Assembly: GCA_009838965.1 (NCBI GenBank)
Contig: VXQP01000078.1
Span: 93,957 to 157,956 of the forward strand
Length of the DNA stretch: 64,000 nucleotides
Reading direction: 5' to 3'
Source: Chloroflexota bacterium
GTDB taxonomy: Bacteria > Chloroflexota > Dehalococcoidia > Lucifugimonadales > Australimonadaceae
Shown here: piece by piece, positions 9,340 through 17,030 of the stretch
Position numbering within the stretch: the first letter of the stretch is position 1
How the letters are laid out: each line of letters begins with the position of its first letter
Notes under the pieces: model-generated
Told to the model about the DNA's origin: nothing
The model's database searches: none
The model's input: only the letters and a program-made list of their open reading frames with translations
Position numbers and translations under genes: made by a program

Positions 9340-9759
9340 ATGGGAACACGCCTGCTCGCCCTCTACCTGATGCTGACGGGCCTCGCGGTCGCCGTCTACT
9401 TCATCGCCGTCTCGTGGCAGTACCCGGGCGCGGACCAGCCGTACCCCGTCGAGCCATACCCCGTCTGGGAGGTGCTGCACTGGTTCATGGCCGTAGCCAT
9501 CCTCATCGCGCTGCTCAGCGTGTTCGCCGTCAAACTGAGGCTCGGACCAGGGGAGGCAGTCCGGGAGCACCTCTCCGTCAATGCACTCTTCTACGCACTG
9601 CTCGGACTGGGGCTGCTCTTCTTCCGCAGCTGGCCTTCTCTGCTCAGGGGCGGCGACTATGACCTGTTCGTCTGGGGCTCAATCAACATGGTCCTGCCGG
9701 TGGTCCTCGCCGCCGTTGGTATGCGGCTGTGGCGGGGAAGCCGCACGAAGGAGCACTGA
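9340..9759 (+). CDS. Small integral membrane protein, subtype A (copy 2)
   Basis: 139 aa. Shares LYLML.GLAVAV.FIAV.W, WEVL.WFMA, SVNA.FY and LFF blocks with copy 1. Confidence 0.7.
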   Translation: MGTRLLALYLMLTGLAVAVYFIAVSWQYPGADQPYPVEPYPVWEVLHWFMAVAILIALLSVFAVKLRLGPGEAVREHLSVNALFYALLGLGLLFFRSWPSLLRGGDYDLFVWGSINMVLPVVLAAVGMRLWRGSRTKEH

Positions 9760-9762
9760 TCG

Positions 9763-10176
9763 ATGCGGCTACTCATCAGACTGCTCGCCGCATACAACAT
9801 GCTCGTGGCGCTTGCCGTCACCGTGAAGTCGGTGTTCGATGTGCCGCAGCCGGACTGGGAGCTCCTCAGTTGGCTGATGGCCCCGGCCGTCGTCATCTCG
9901 CTGGCAGCCGCCTACTGGTTCAAGCGTCGGTCCGACGCCGACGGCCGGAGCGCGGAAGACACGCTGCGCTTCCTGGATGTCAACGTCCACTTCTTCGCCG
10001 CGGCCGTCCTCTTCGTCGGCTACGGGTTCCAGTGGTCCGCATACCTCAACGACCTCGCATGGGGCAGGTCGGGACTCTCCAACACAGGCTCCCTGTGGAT
10101 ATACGTCGACACGCTCGTCATCATGGTCGCCGCGGTGATGGGCGTACGGATGTGGAAGGCTGCAGGGAAGACGTAG
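9763..10176 (+). CDS. Small integral membrane protein, subtype B (copy 2)
   Basis: 137 aa. GAAGGAG SD lies inside the end of the preceding gene, with a 3-nt gap. Shares LL.AY..LVAL.V.VK, RFLDVNV.F.AA, FQWS and GVRMW blocks with B copy 1. Confidence 0.7.
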   Translation: MRLLIRLLAAYNMLVALAVTVKSVFDVPQPDWELLSWLMAPAVVISLAAAYWFKRRSDADGRSAEDTLRFLDVNVHFFAAAVLFVGYGFQWSAYLNDLAWGRSGLSNTGSLWIYVDTLVIMVAAVMGVRMWKAAGKT

Positions 10177-10181
10177 AAGAA

Positions 10182-10208
10182 CAGCGGCCCGCGGTTTGGC
10201 GGGCGCTG
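10182..10208. terminator. Hairpin between convergent genes (possible bidirectional terminator)
   Basis: CAGCGGCCCGC-GGTTTG-GCGGGCGCTG forms a 10-bp GC stem with one bulge. Confidence 0.45.
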
Positions 10209-10236
10209 TCACGAAGCGCCGTGTCGTATCCGTTGC

Positions 10237-10887
10237 CTAGTAGAGGTGCGGCTGCGCCAGCGCGATGACCGACAGCTCGATGTCCGTGATCGCCTGCGAC
10301 ATAGCCTGGCCGATGAGGTCCAGCTTCCGCACCTGCTCGATGCGCGCCGATGCCCGCTCGAGCTCCTCCCGGGTGACCAGCCGCGCGAGGATCCCGCACG
10401 CTTCCGCCAGGCAGATGAGCATCACGTCCCGCGGGTCGGGGATATCGTCGCTGAAGAGCACTTCCATGATCCGCAGCTTCACCTCGCGCTCTTCCTCACC
10501 GTGCACGGAAGGGTAGCGGCGGGCCTTGAACACCCAGAGGAACCGTTCGTCCCGCTCCTCGAGGATGCCTGCGCTTACGAGCCGGGAGAGGGCCTCCTCC
10601 CTGATGGCGTCGCCGTTATGAGCTGTGCGTTCCACCCAGAAACTGAGATTGCGCTCCTCCACCGTCTGGATATCGGCCAGCGTGGGGTCGAGCAGGCTGT
10701 CACCCGTCGGGGTGCCGTCGATCAGGGCGAGGTTCTCGACGTCGGTGTCGATGCGGTTCTCCATCGCCAGGTCCATCAGGACGCCGCCTGCCAAGGCGTA
10801 GTTCAGCGCCAGTCTCGGCACGTGGGCGAACGACCCGTCTTCATCATCCAGGAGCAGGAGGACGATCTCTTCAGCGAATCTCAGCAT
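10237..10887 (-). CDS. GPP34/GOLPH3-family protein
   Basis: MLRFAEEIVLLLLDDEDG...LNYALAGGVLMDLA... matches the pattern I associate with bacterial GPP34-family proteins. ATG 10885-10887. Confidence 0.65.
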   Translation of the reverse strand: MLRFAEEIVLLLLDDEDGSFAHVPRLALNYALAGGVLMDLAMENRIDTDVENLALIDGTPTGDSLLDPTLADIQTVEERNLSFWVERTAHNGDAIREEALSRLVSAGILEERDERFLWVFKARRYPSVHGEEEREVKLRIMEVLFSDDIPDPRDVMLICLAEACGILARLVTREELERASARIEQVRKLDLIGQAMSQAITDIELSVIALAQPHLY

Positions 10888-11080
10888 GATGGTTTGCGCT
10901 CCCTCGTTGACCCGGCGACGCGCCGGGTGGATAAGCCCATTATGGCCTACGCTATAACGCTCCCGCAATGATGCGCCCGCGCCCTTTGTCTATCGATACC
11001 AGGGCCATGTAGTTGCCTTGAAGCGCACGCACTCCTGCCGATGCGCTTGCCTGGTATTGATATGAGTCGTAGCAGACCTA

Positions 11081-11109
11081 TTGACACATCCTTTTCACTT
11101 TGATACAGT
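11081..11109 (+). promoter_or_regulatory. Sigma-70-type promoter candidate for hsp20 (TTGACA-17-TACAGT)
   Basis: TTGACA 11081-11086, 17-nt spacer, TACAGT 11104-11109. Sits in a locally AT-rich island 64 nt upstream of the ATG. Confidence 0.55.
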
Positions 11110-11172
11110 TCATATCAAGTCAAGCGAGCCAGATGATGCAAAGAAGACTCGCGTAGAACAAGGAGGAGACTC

Positions 11173-11634
11173 ATGGCTATCGAACGTTGGACCCCTTTCC
11201 GAGACCTGCGCCGGTTCGAGCGCATGCACCGCCACTTCGGCGTACCGTACCACTACCCCTACGCCGGGGGCTGGGCCATCCCGCTCGACGTTGAGCGCGA
11301 CGGCGACGACTTCGTCGTGAAGGGCACGCTGCCGGGCGTTGCGCCCTCGGACATCGACATCACGATCGAGGACGGCGTCCTCACCATCGAGGGCAGGACC
11401 GCGTCGGAGGGTGAACACGAGGAGGGGGGTTACCTCCTGCGTGAGCGCCGCACCGGCTCCTTCCGCCGCTCCGTCCGCCTGCCGGAGAGCGTAGACGTGG
11501 AGCATGCAGCTTCCTCGTACGAGCACGGCGTCGTGACCGTCCGCCTTCCGAAGGCGGAGAGCAGCAAGGCAAAGCGCCTCACTCTCCACGTCTCCGACGA
11601 GGCCCCGGCGCCCGATCCGGCCCCCGCGGCGTAA
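11173..11634 (+). CDS. Small heat-shock protein, Hsp20/alpha-crystallin family
   Basis: Alpha-crystallin domain (DV.E....F.V...LPG......I.I....VLTI.G, FRRSVRLP, GVVTVRLPK). AAGGAGGAG SD. Confidence 0.9.
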   Translation: MAIERWTPFRDLRRFERMHRHFGVPYHYPYAGGWAIPLDVERDGDDFVVKGTLPGVAPSDIDITIEDGVLTIEGRTASEGEHEEGGYLLRERRTGSFRRSVRLPESVDVEHAASSYEHGVVTVRLPKAESSKAKRLTLHVSDEAPAPDPAPAA

Positions 11635-11641
11635 GCCCGAT

Positions 11642-11680
11642 CCCTTCCCCCTCGATGGGGGAAGGTTAGGATAGGGGTGA
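11642..11680 (+). repeat. REP-like hairpin repeat, family CCCTTCCCCCTCGATGGGGGAAGGTTAGGATGGGGGTGA (copy 1)
   Basis: Near-identical copies at 13422..13460 and 20200..20238. Stem CCCTTCCCCC/GGGGGAAGG. Begins 8 nt after the hsp20 stop. Confidence 0.8.
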
Positions 11681-11757
11681 GCCCTATGGCGGAGTGCGCA
11701 GGGCAGGGGTGAAAGGAGAGCCCTCGCGAGGAATCGCGGGGGCTCTCCTGCGTCTCG

Positions 11758-12186
11758 CTAGAGCAAGTGCGCAGACGGTTCCGGCATTCCCAGGTGTGTT
11801 ACCTCGAGGTCCGGCAATCGCCTTGCCATCTCCACCGCTACGTCCATCCGGTGACACTCGCGCGCGTCCCGCTCCAGGCACATGATGGCAACCGACCGGT
11901 GGCGCTCCAGCAACGCGGCGAGTTCCGGGTAGCCGTCCTCGGGGCTGTTGATCACCACCCTGCCGGCCCCGCTGAACTTCCCCGCGTTCCCCAGTGCCCG
12001 CAGGTAGACGTACGCGATGCCGGAATCTTCGAGCGAAGCCGCCAGGCGGTTCTTCGAGAACTCCGGCTTGAACCTGCTGCTCGCCCACATCCGCACGTCC
12101 ACCAGCGCCGGGACCTCGTGCTCACGCAGTATGCCGATGACCTCGTCCAGGCTCCGCCTCGAATACCCGATCGTGAATAGTCGCAT
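11758..12186 (-). CDS. DUF488-family protein
   Basis: MRLFTIGYSRRSLDEVIGILREHEVPALVDVR... matches the typical DUF488 N-terminal pattern. Confidence 0.7.
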   Translation of the reverse strand: MRLFTIGYSRRSLDEVIGILREHEVPALVDVRMWASSRFKPEFSKNRLAASLEDSGIAYVYLRALGNAGKFSGAGRVVINSPEDGYPELAALLERHRSVAIMCLERDARECHRMDVAVEMARRLPDLEVTHLGMPEPSAHLL

Positions 12187-12280
12187 CTACGCCTCCGATG
12201 CCGGACGATATCACGCCCGCACCTCCTCGGAACCCGCTCTGGGTACGAGTAACGCGGCGCGGCCTGTATACTGACGTGCC

Positions 12281-13300
12281 ATGACCGACGCCCCGACCCA
12301 GGACGCTGCCGCTGTACGCGACACAGCCCTCGATGCACTCGAACGCGCCGGCTCGGCCGATGCGCTCGAAGCGTGGCGCGTCGAGTACCTGGGCCGCTCC
12401 GGCAGGATGACCCAGGTGCTCCGGGGCGTCGCGCAGCTCCCGCCGGAGGAGCGCCGCGCCGCGGGCGCCGCCGCCAACGAAGCGAAGAACGTCCTCGAGC
12501 AGCGACTCGCCGACCGCCGCGCCGAGGTCGAGGCCGCACTCGCGGAGGGCTTGGGCGCGGACGCGATAGACGTCACGCTGCCCGGTAGACCCGCCCCGAA
12601 CGGGCGCTACCACCCGTCCACCATCGTCATGCGCGAGATCGAGGCCATCTTCCGCGGCATGGGCTTCCAGGTCGCCGAAGGCCCCGAGGTCGAGTGGGAC
12701 CGCTACAACTTCGAGATGCTCAACATCCCGAAGGACCACCCCGCCCGTGACATGTTCGACACCTTCTGGCTCGACGCGAACCGCGACCCGGACGGCGGCT
12801 TCACGACGCTCCTGCGTACGCACACCTCGCCGATGCAGGCGCGCATCATGGAGGCGTACCAGCCTCCCATCCGCGTCATCGTCCCCGGCAAGTGCTACCG
12901 CTACGAGGCCACCGACGCCACCCACGAGTCGCAGTTCCACCAGATCGAGGGGCTGGCCGTAGACAAGGGCATCACGTTCGCCAACCTCAAGCACACGCTC
13001 TTCCAGTTCGCGCGCCAGATGTTCGGCCCGGAGACGCGCGTCCGCTTCCGCTGCGACTACTTCCCGTTCGTCGAGCCCGGCGTCGACATGGCCATCGAGT
13101 GGCGCGGCGACTGGCTGGAGATCCTCGGCGCGGGCATGGTGCATCCCAACGTGCTGCGCGCTGCGGGCTACGACCCGGACGTCTACACGGGCTTCGCGTT
13201 CGGCATGGGCCCTGAGCGCATCGCCATGCTCAAGTACGGCATCAACGACGTCCGCCACTTCCTCGCCAACGACGTACGCTTCCTCCGACAGTTCCGCTGA
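12281..13300 (+). CDS. pheS: Phenylalanine--tRNA ligase alpha subunit
   Basis: 339 aa. Class II motifs (HPARDMFDTFW, LLRTHTSPMQ, FHQIEG, GFAFGMGPERIAML). Confidence 0.95.
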   Translation: MTDAPTQDAAAVRDTALDALERAGSADALEAWRVEYLGRSGRMTQVLRGVAQLPPEERRAAGAAANEAKNVLEQRLADRRAEVEAALAEGLGADAIDVTLPGRPAPNGRYHPSTIVMREIEAIFRGMGFQVAEGPEVEWDRYNFEMLNIPKDHPARDMFDTFWLDANRDPDGGFTTLLRTHTSPMQARIMEAYQPPIRVIVPGKCYRYEATDATHESQFHQIEGLAVDKGITFANLKHTLFQFARQMFGPETRVRFRCDYFPFVEPGVDMAIEWRGDWLEILGAGMVHPNVLRAAGYDPDVYTGFAFGMGPERIAMLKYGINDVRHFLANDVRFLRQFR

Positions 13301-13309
13301 CTCCACCCT

Positions 13310-13516
13310 CCGTCGTCCTGCGCAGGCAGGAACCTCGTACCCCACCTCTCCCTTGGGGAGAGGTCGACGCGCTTGCGCGGCGGGTGAGGGTGAACCATAC
13401 GGCGGGGCGCCCTCGCCTTGTCCCTTCCCCCTCGACGGGGGAAGGTTAGGAAGGGCGTGAACCGGGGTGGAGCGGGGATATGCCACCTAAGCCACACCCC
13501 ATGCCATGGCATGGGG
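13310..13516. repeat. Nest of at least four different REP-like hairpin elements
   Basis: Element at 13310-13339 matches 63685-63715 in inverted orientation. CCTCTCC..GGAGAGG hairpin at 13345-13363. Family copy at 13422-13460. Perfect 20-nt palindrome CCCCATGCCATGGCATGGGG at 13497-13516. Confidence 0.75.
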
Positions 13517-13532
13517 GCGTATGCTATAGGCC

Positions 13533-13727
13533 ATGGCTGCGATAGTTCCCGAAACCGAACGCGAGCGGAGCTACTACCGCTGGTACGAGTTGAGCCTGCT
13601 CTACCACGACGCCGTCCGCAGGGGCGTTCCCGCCGCCGAGGTGGAGGCGACCAAGGTGCTCGCCGACGAGGCTTGGGACGCCTACGTCGAGACGATATCC
13701 GACCTGAAGGGGCCCCGGCTGGAGTAA
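13533..13727 (+). CDS. Hypothetical small protein (64 aa)
   Basis: ORF ends 4 nt before the transcarbamylase ATG. No family recognised and no clear SD. Confidence 0.35.
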   Translation: MAAIVPETERERSYYRWYELSLLYHDAVRRGVPAAEVEATKVLADEAWDAYVETISDLKGPRLE

Positions 13728-13731
13728 CACC

Positions 13732-14646
13732 ATGGCCACCGACTTCCTCTCCATCGACGACGTCACCGACGACGAACTCGCCTGGCTGCTCGACACCGGA
13801 AACGCCTACGCGTCGCAGCGCGAGGGCGGCCCGCAGCCGCTGCAGGGACGGACCATCGCGATGCTCTTCGAGAAGCCGTCGCTCCGCACCAAGGTCTCGT
13901 TCGACATCGCCGCATACGAGCTCGGCGGCCACGCCGTCTACCTCGGCGCGGACGAAGTCGGGCTCGACAAGCGCGAGCCGGTCGAGGACGTGGCACGCGT
14001 GCTCGAGCGCTGGGCGTCCGTCATCGTGGCGCGCGTCATGGCGCACAGCACGCTGGAGCGCTTCGCCGCGAACGCCTCCGTGCCCGTCGTGAACGCGCTC
14101 TCCGACGTCGAGCATCCCTGCCAGGCGGCAGCCGACCTGCTCACGATCCGCCAGAGCAAGGGCCGCGTCGAGGGGCTGAAGGTCGCCTACATCGGAGACG
14201 CCAACAACTGCGCTCTCAGCCTCGGCCTCGGCGCGCTGGCGCTCGGCGCGCACTTCGCGGTCGCGTCGCCCGACGGCTACGCCTTCCCCGATGCGGACGC
14301 CGCACGTTTGCGGACGCGCTCGACCGGCGGTGCGCTCATGCTCACCACCGACCCCGACGAGGCCGCCGCCGACGCGGACGTGCTCTACACCGACGTCTGG
14401 ACGAGCATGGGACAGGAGGCCGAGACCGCGCAGCGCCGGGCCGCGTTCCAGGGCTTCCAGGTGAACGAGCGCCTTCTGGCGCGCGCCAACTCCGGCGCCC
14501 TGGTCATGCACCCGATGCCGGTCCACTACGGAGAGGAGATGGAGCCGGGGATGCTTGAGCACCCGCAGTCCGTCGCCTACACCCAGGCCGAGAACCGCCT
14601 GCACGCGCAGAAGGCCGTCCTGCGCCTGCTCGTTGCCGGCGAGTAA
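13732..14646 (+). CDS. argF: Ornithine carbamoyltransferase-family transcarbamylase (divergent motifs)
   Basis: FEKPSLRTK, HPCQ, GDANN and DVWTSMG blocks. HPMP sits where OTCases carry HCLP. Confidence 0.75.
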   Translation: MATDFLSIDDVTDDELAWLLDTGNAYASQREGGPQPLQGRTIAMLFEKPSLRTKVSFDIAAYELGGHAVYLGADEVGLDKREPVEDVARVLERWASVIVARVMAHSTLERFAANASVPVVNALSDVEHPCQAAADLLTIRQSKGRVEGLKVAYIGDANNCALSLGLGALALGAHFAVASPDGYAFPDADAARLRTRSTGGALMLTTDPDEAAADADVLYTDVWTSMGQEAETAQRRAAFQGFQVNERLLARANSGALVMHPMPVHYGEEMEPGMLEHPQSVAYTQAENRLHAQKAVLRLLVAGE

Positions 14647-14650
14647 CACC

Positions 14651-16111
14651 ATGACTGCTACTACGCCCCAGACGGCGGGCGCCCCGCCCGCCACGACGCT
14701 CGTTGCCATCGTCGGACGCCCCAACGTCGGCAAGTCCAGCCTGTTCAACGCGCTCCTCGGCAGGCGCTCCGCTATCGTCGCCGAGGAGTCCGGCACGACG
14801 CGCGACCGCATGATCGCGCCCGCCGAGTTCGAGGGACGCCACTTCCTGCTCGCCGACACCGGCGGGCTGCTGCCGGAGCCCGAGACCGAGATCGAGGCCC
14901 ACATCGCCGCACAGGTCGACGCCGCCATCGCGGGAGCCGACGCCGTCATCTTCGTCACCGACGCCCGGACCGGCCCCGCCTACGCCGACGAGTACGTCGC
15001 ACAGCGGCTGCGGCAGGCGCACAAGCCCACGGTCGTCGCGGTCAACAAGGCCGACAACCCCAGCCAGGAGTCCCTGGCGAGCGACGCCTACGCCCTCAGC
15101 CTCGGCGAGCCCGTCCCCGTGAGCGCGCTGCACCGGCGCGGCCTCGGAGACCTGATGGACGCCCTCATGGCCCAGGTGCCGATGGACGACGCTGCGGACG
15201 CCCCTGACCCGGAGACGCCCCGCATCGCCGTCATCGGCAGGCCGAACGTCGGCAAGTCTGCGCTCACGAACGCCATCCTGCACGAGGAGCGCTCCATCGT
15301 AAGCCCGGTGCCGGGCACGACGCGCGACGCACTGGACACGCCGTTCGAGTTCGAGAGCGCGCCCGCCGTCCTCATCGACACCGCCGGCATCCGCCGGCGC
15401 GGCGCCGTCCAGCCCGGCATCGAGAAGTTCAGCGTCCTGCGCGCCGCAGCCGCCATCCACCGCTGCGACGTCGCCATGCTCGTGCTCGACGCAACGAACC
15501 CCACGACCGACCAGGACCTCCACATCGCTGGGCAGGCGGCGGAGGCGTTCAAGTCGCTGCTCGTCATCGTCAACAAGTGGGACCTCGTCGAGCACGACGA
15601 CCCTCGCCGCGAGGAGCGCCGCTTCACGCGGCTGGTGCGCTCGCGGATGCGCTTCCTGCCCAACGTTCCGGTCGTGTTCACGTCGGCCATCGACGGCGGC
15701 GGCGTGCCGGAGGCGCTGCGCACGGCGTTCGACCTCCACGCGAAGCGGACGCAATGGGTCGACGGCCCGCTGCTGAACCGCGCGGTGATGGACGCCGTCT
15801 CCCGCCACCTCCCGCCCACGAGCGCGGCGAAGGGCTCGCTCAAGCTGTATCGCGTCAAGCAGGAGTCCGTCCGCCCGCCCACGTTCGTCTTCTTCGTGAA
15901 CAACACCGCCCGCATCCACTTCTCCTACGAGCGCTACCTCGCCAACACGATCCGCGAGGAGTTCAGCTTCGACGGCGTGCCGCTCAAGATCGAATTCCGG
16001 GGCAAGGGCGGCGTGCACGTCATCGGCGACAACCGTTCGAAGGCCGCTGCGCGTGCCCGGCGCGCGGGGAACAGGAGCGCGCGTTCCTCGAAGCCACGGG
16101 AGCGGAGGTAG
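14651..16111 (+). CDS. der: Ribosome-biogenesis GTPase Der (EngA)
   Basis: Two G domains (GRPNVGKSSLFN, GRPNVGKSALTN) plus a KH-like C-terminus. ATG at 14651. Confidence 0.95.
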   Translation: MTATTPQTAGAPPATTLVAIVGRPNVGKSSLFNALLGRRSAIVAEESGTTRDRMIAPAEFEGRHFLLADTGGLLPEPETEIEAHIAAQVDAAIAGADAVIFVTDARTGPAYADEYVAQRLRQAHKPTVVAVNKADNPSQESLASDAYALSLGEPVPVSALHRRGLGDLMDALMAQVPMDDAADAPDPETPRIAVIGRPNVGKSALTNAILHEERSIVSPVPGTTRDALDTPFEFESAPAVLIDTAGIRRRGAVQPGIEKFSVLRAAAAIHRCDVAMLVLDATNPTTDQDLHIAGQAAEAFKSLLVIVNKWDLVEHDDPRREERRFTRLVRSRMRFLPNVPVVFTSAIDGGGVPEALRTAFDLHAKRTQWVDGPLLNRAVMDAVSRHLPPTSAAKGSLKLYRVKQESVRPPTFVFFVNNTARIHFSYERYLANTIREEFSFDGVPLKIEFRGKGGVHVIGDNRSKAAARARRAGNRSARSSKPRERR

Positions 16112-16113
16112 CA

Positions 16114-16719
16114 ATGGAGTGGCTGCTCGTCCCCGCCGCGTACCTCCTCGGCAGCGTCCAGCCGGGGCTCCTGCTTGTGCGGCTGCTGCTGCGCCGCGAC
16201 GTCCGCGAGGTCGGCAGCGGCAAGACGGGCATGACGAACGTGATGCGCACCGCGGGGAAGAAGGCGGCGGCGCTCGTGTTCGTGCTGGACGTGGCGAAGG
16301 GCGTGGCGCCCGTGCTCTTGGCCGCGGAGGTCTCCGGCGACGCATGGCTGGAGGCGGCCACCGCGACAGTAGTGGTGGTGGGCCACGTCTTCCCGGTGTT
16401 CGCGGGCTTCCGGGGCGGACGGGGTGTTGCGACCGGCGTCGGCGCGGCATCCGCGCTGCTCCCGTGGGCAGGCATCGCGGGCATCGTGTTCGTCCCCGTG
16501 GTGCTGCTCACGCGCTACGTCTCGCTCGGTTCTGTCGTAGGGGTGGGGGCGGTGTTCGTGGGCTTCGTTGTGGCGATGGCGGCGTACGACCTCCCGACCC
16601 CGCACTTCGTGTTCGCACTCATCATCGGCCCGCTCATCATCGGCATGCATCGCGACAACATCGTGCGCCTGCTGCGCGGCACCGAACGGCGCATCGGCCA
16701 ACGTGAGGAAGAGAAATAG
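16114..16719 (+). CDS. plsY: Glycerol-3-phosphate acyltransferase PlsY
   Basis: YLLGSV..G....R......VGSGKTG.TNV.R, FRGGRGVATG. Starts 2 nt after der. Confidence 0.9.
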   Translation: MEWLLVPAAYLLGSVQPGLLLVRLLLRRDVREVGSGKTGMTNVMRTAGKKAAALVFVLDVAKGVAPVLLAAEVSGDAWLEAATATVVVVGHVFPVFAGFRGGRGVATGVGAASALLPWAGIAGIVFVPVVLLTRYVSLGSVVGVGAVFVGFVVAMAAYDLPTPHFVFALIIGPLIIGMHRDNIVRLLRGTERRIGQREEEK

Positions 16720-16992
16720 CGACGCCGGCAGCGCCTACACGCCTCCCAGGCAGCCGACAGCACGAGAAAGCACAGGAACACGAACGTGAAGACCGCCGTC
16801 GGCCCTGCGAGCGAGTGCACACCCACGACCCCCAACAGCACCATCCCCGCCACCGCGCCGACTCCCGCCACCGCCAGCATCCTGCCTCGCACGCTCTCCT
16901 CGACAATCCGGCCGTCCAGCCATCGCGTTCTCCCCTGAGCGAAACACCCCCTGAGGGCAGACTCAGGCTAGGGAGCGGGGCTTCGACCGGGC

Positions 16993-17030
16993 AAGGGGCG
17001 GGTGTCACTGGTAGGTGACACCCGCCCCTT
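16993..17030. repeat. 16-bp-stem hairpin AAGGGGCGGGTGTCAC/GTGACACCCGCCCCTT, with a second copy of the same stem at 35294-35324
   Basis: Perfect inverted repeat with a 6-nt loop. Shares the AAGGGGCGGGTG core with the hairpin after clpC. Confidence 0.6.

Noticed and set aside
12122-16450. Very long minus-strand ORFs (12122..13486, 13183..14958, 14504..16450) overlapping pheS, the transcarbamylase gene and der.
   Set aside because: They are Arg/Ala/Gly/Pro-rich shadow ORFs antisense to genes with unmistakable conserved motifs. This is typical of high-GC DNA, and they have no recognisable domains.
16515-16892. Minus-strand ORF whose N-terminal 57 aa look like two hydrophobic helices (MLAVAGVGAVAGMVLLGVVG...FTFVFLCFLVLSAAW).
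   Set aside because: It would need to overlap the plsY 3' end by about 200 nt. It has no SD and its tail is Arg/Ser-rich junk. It may still be a real micro-protein, but the evidence is insufficient.
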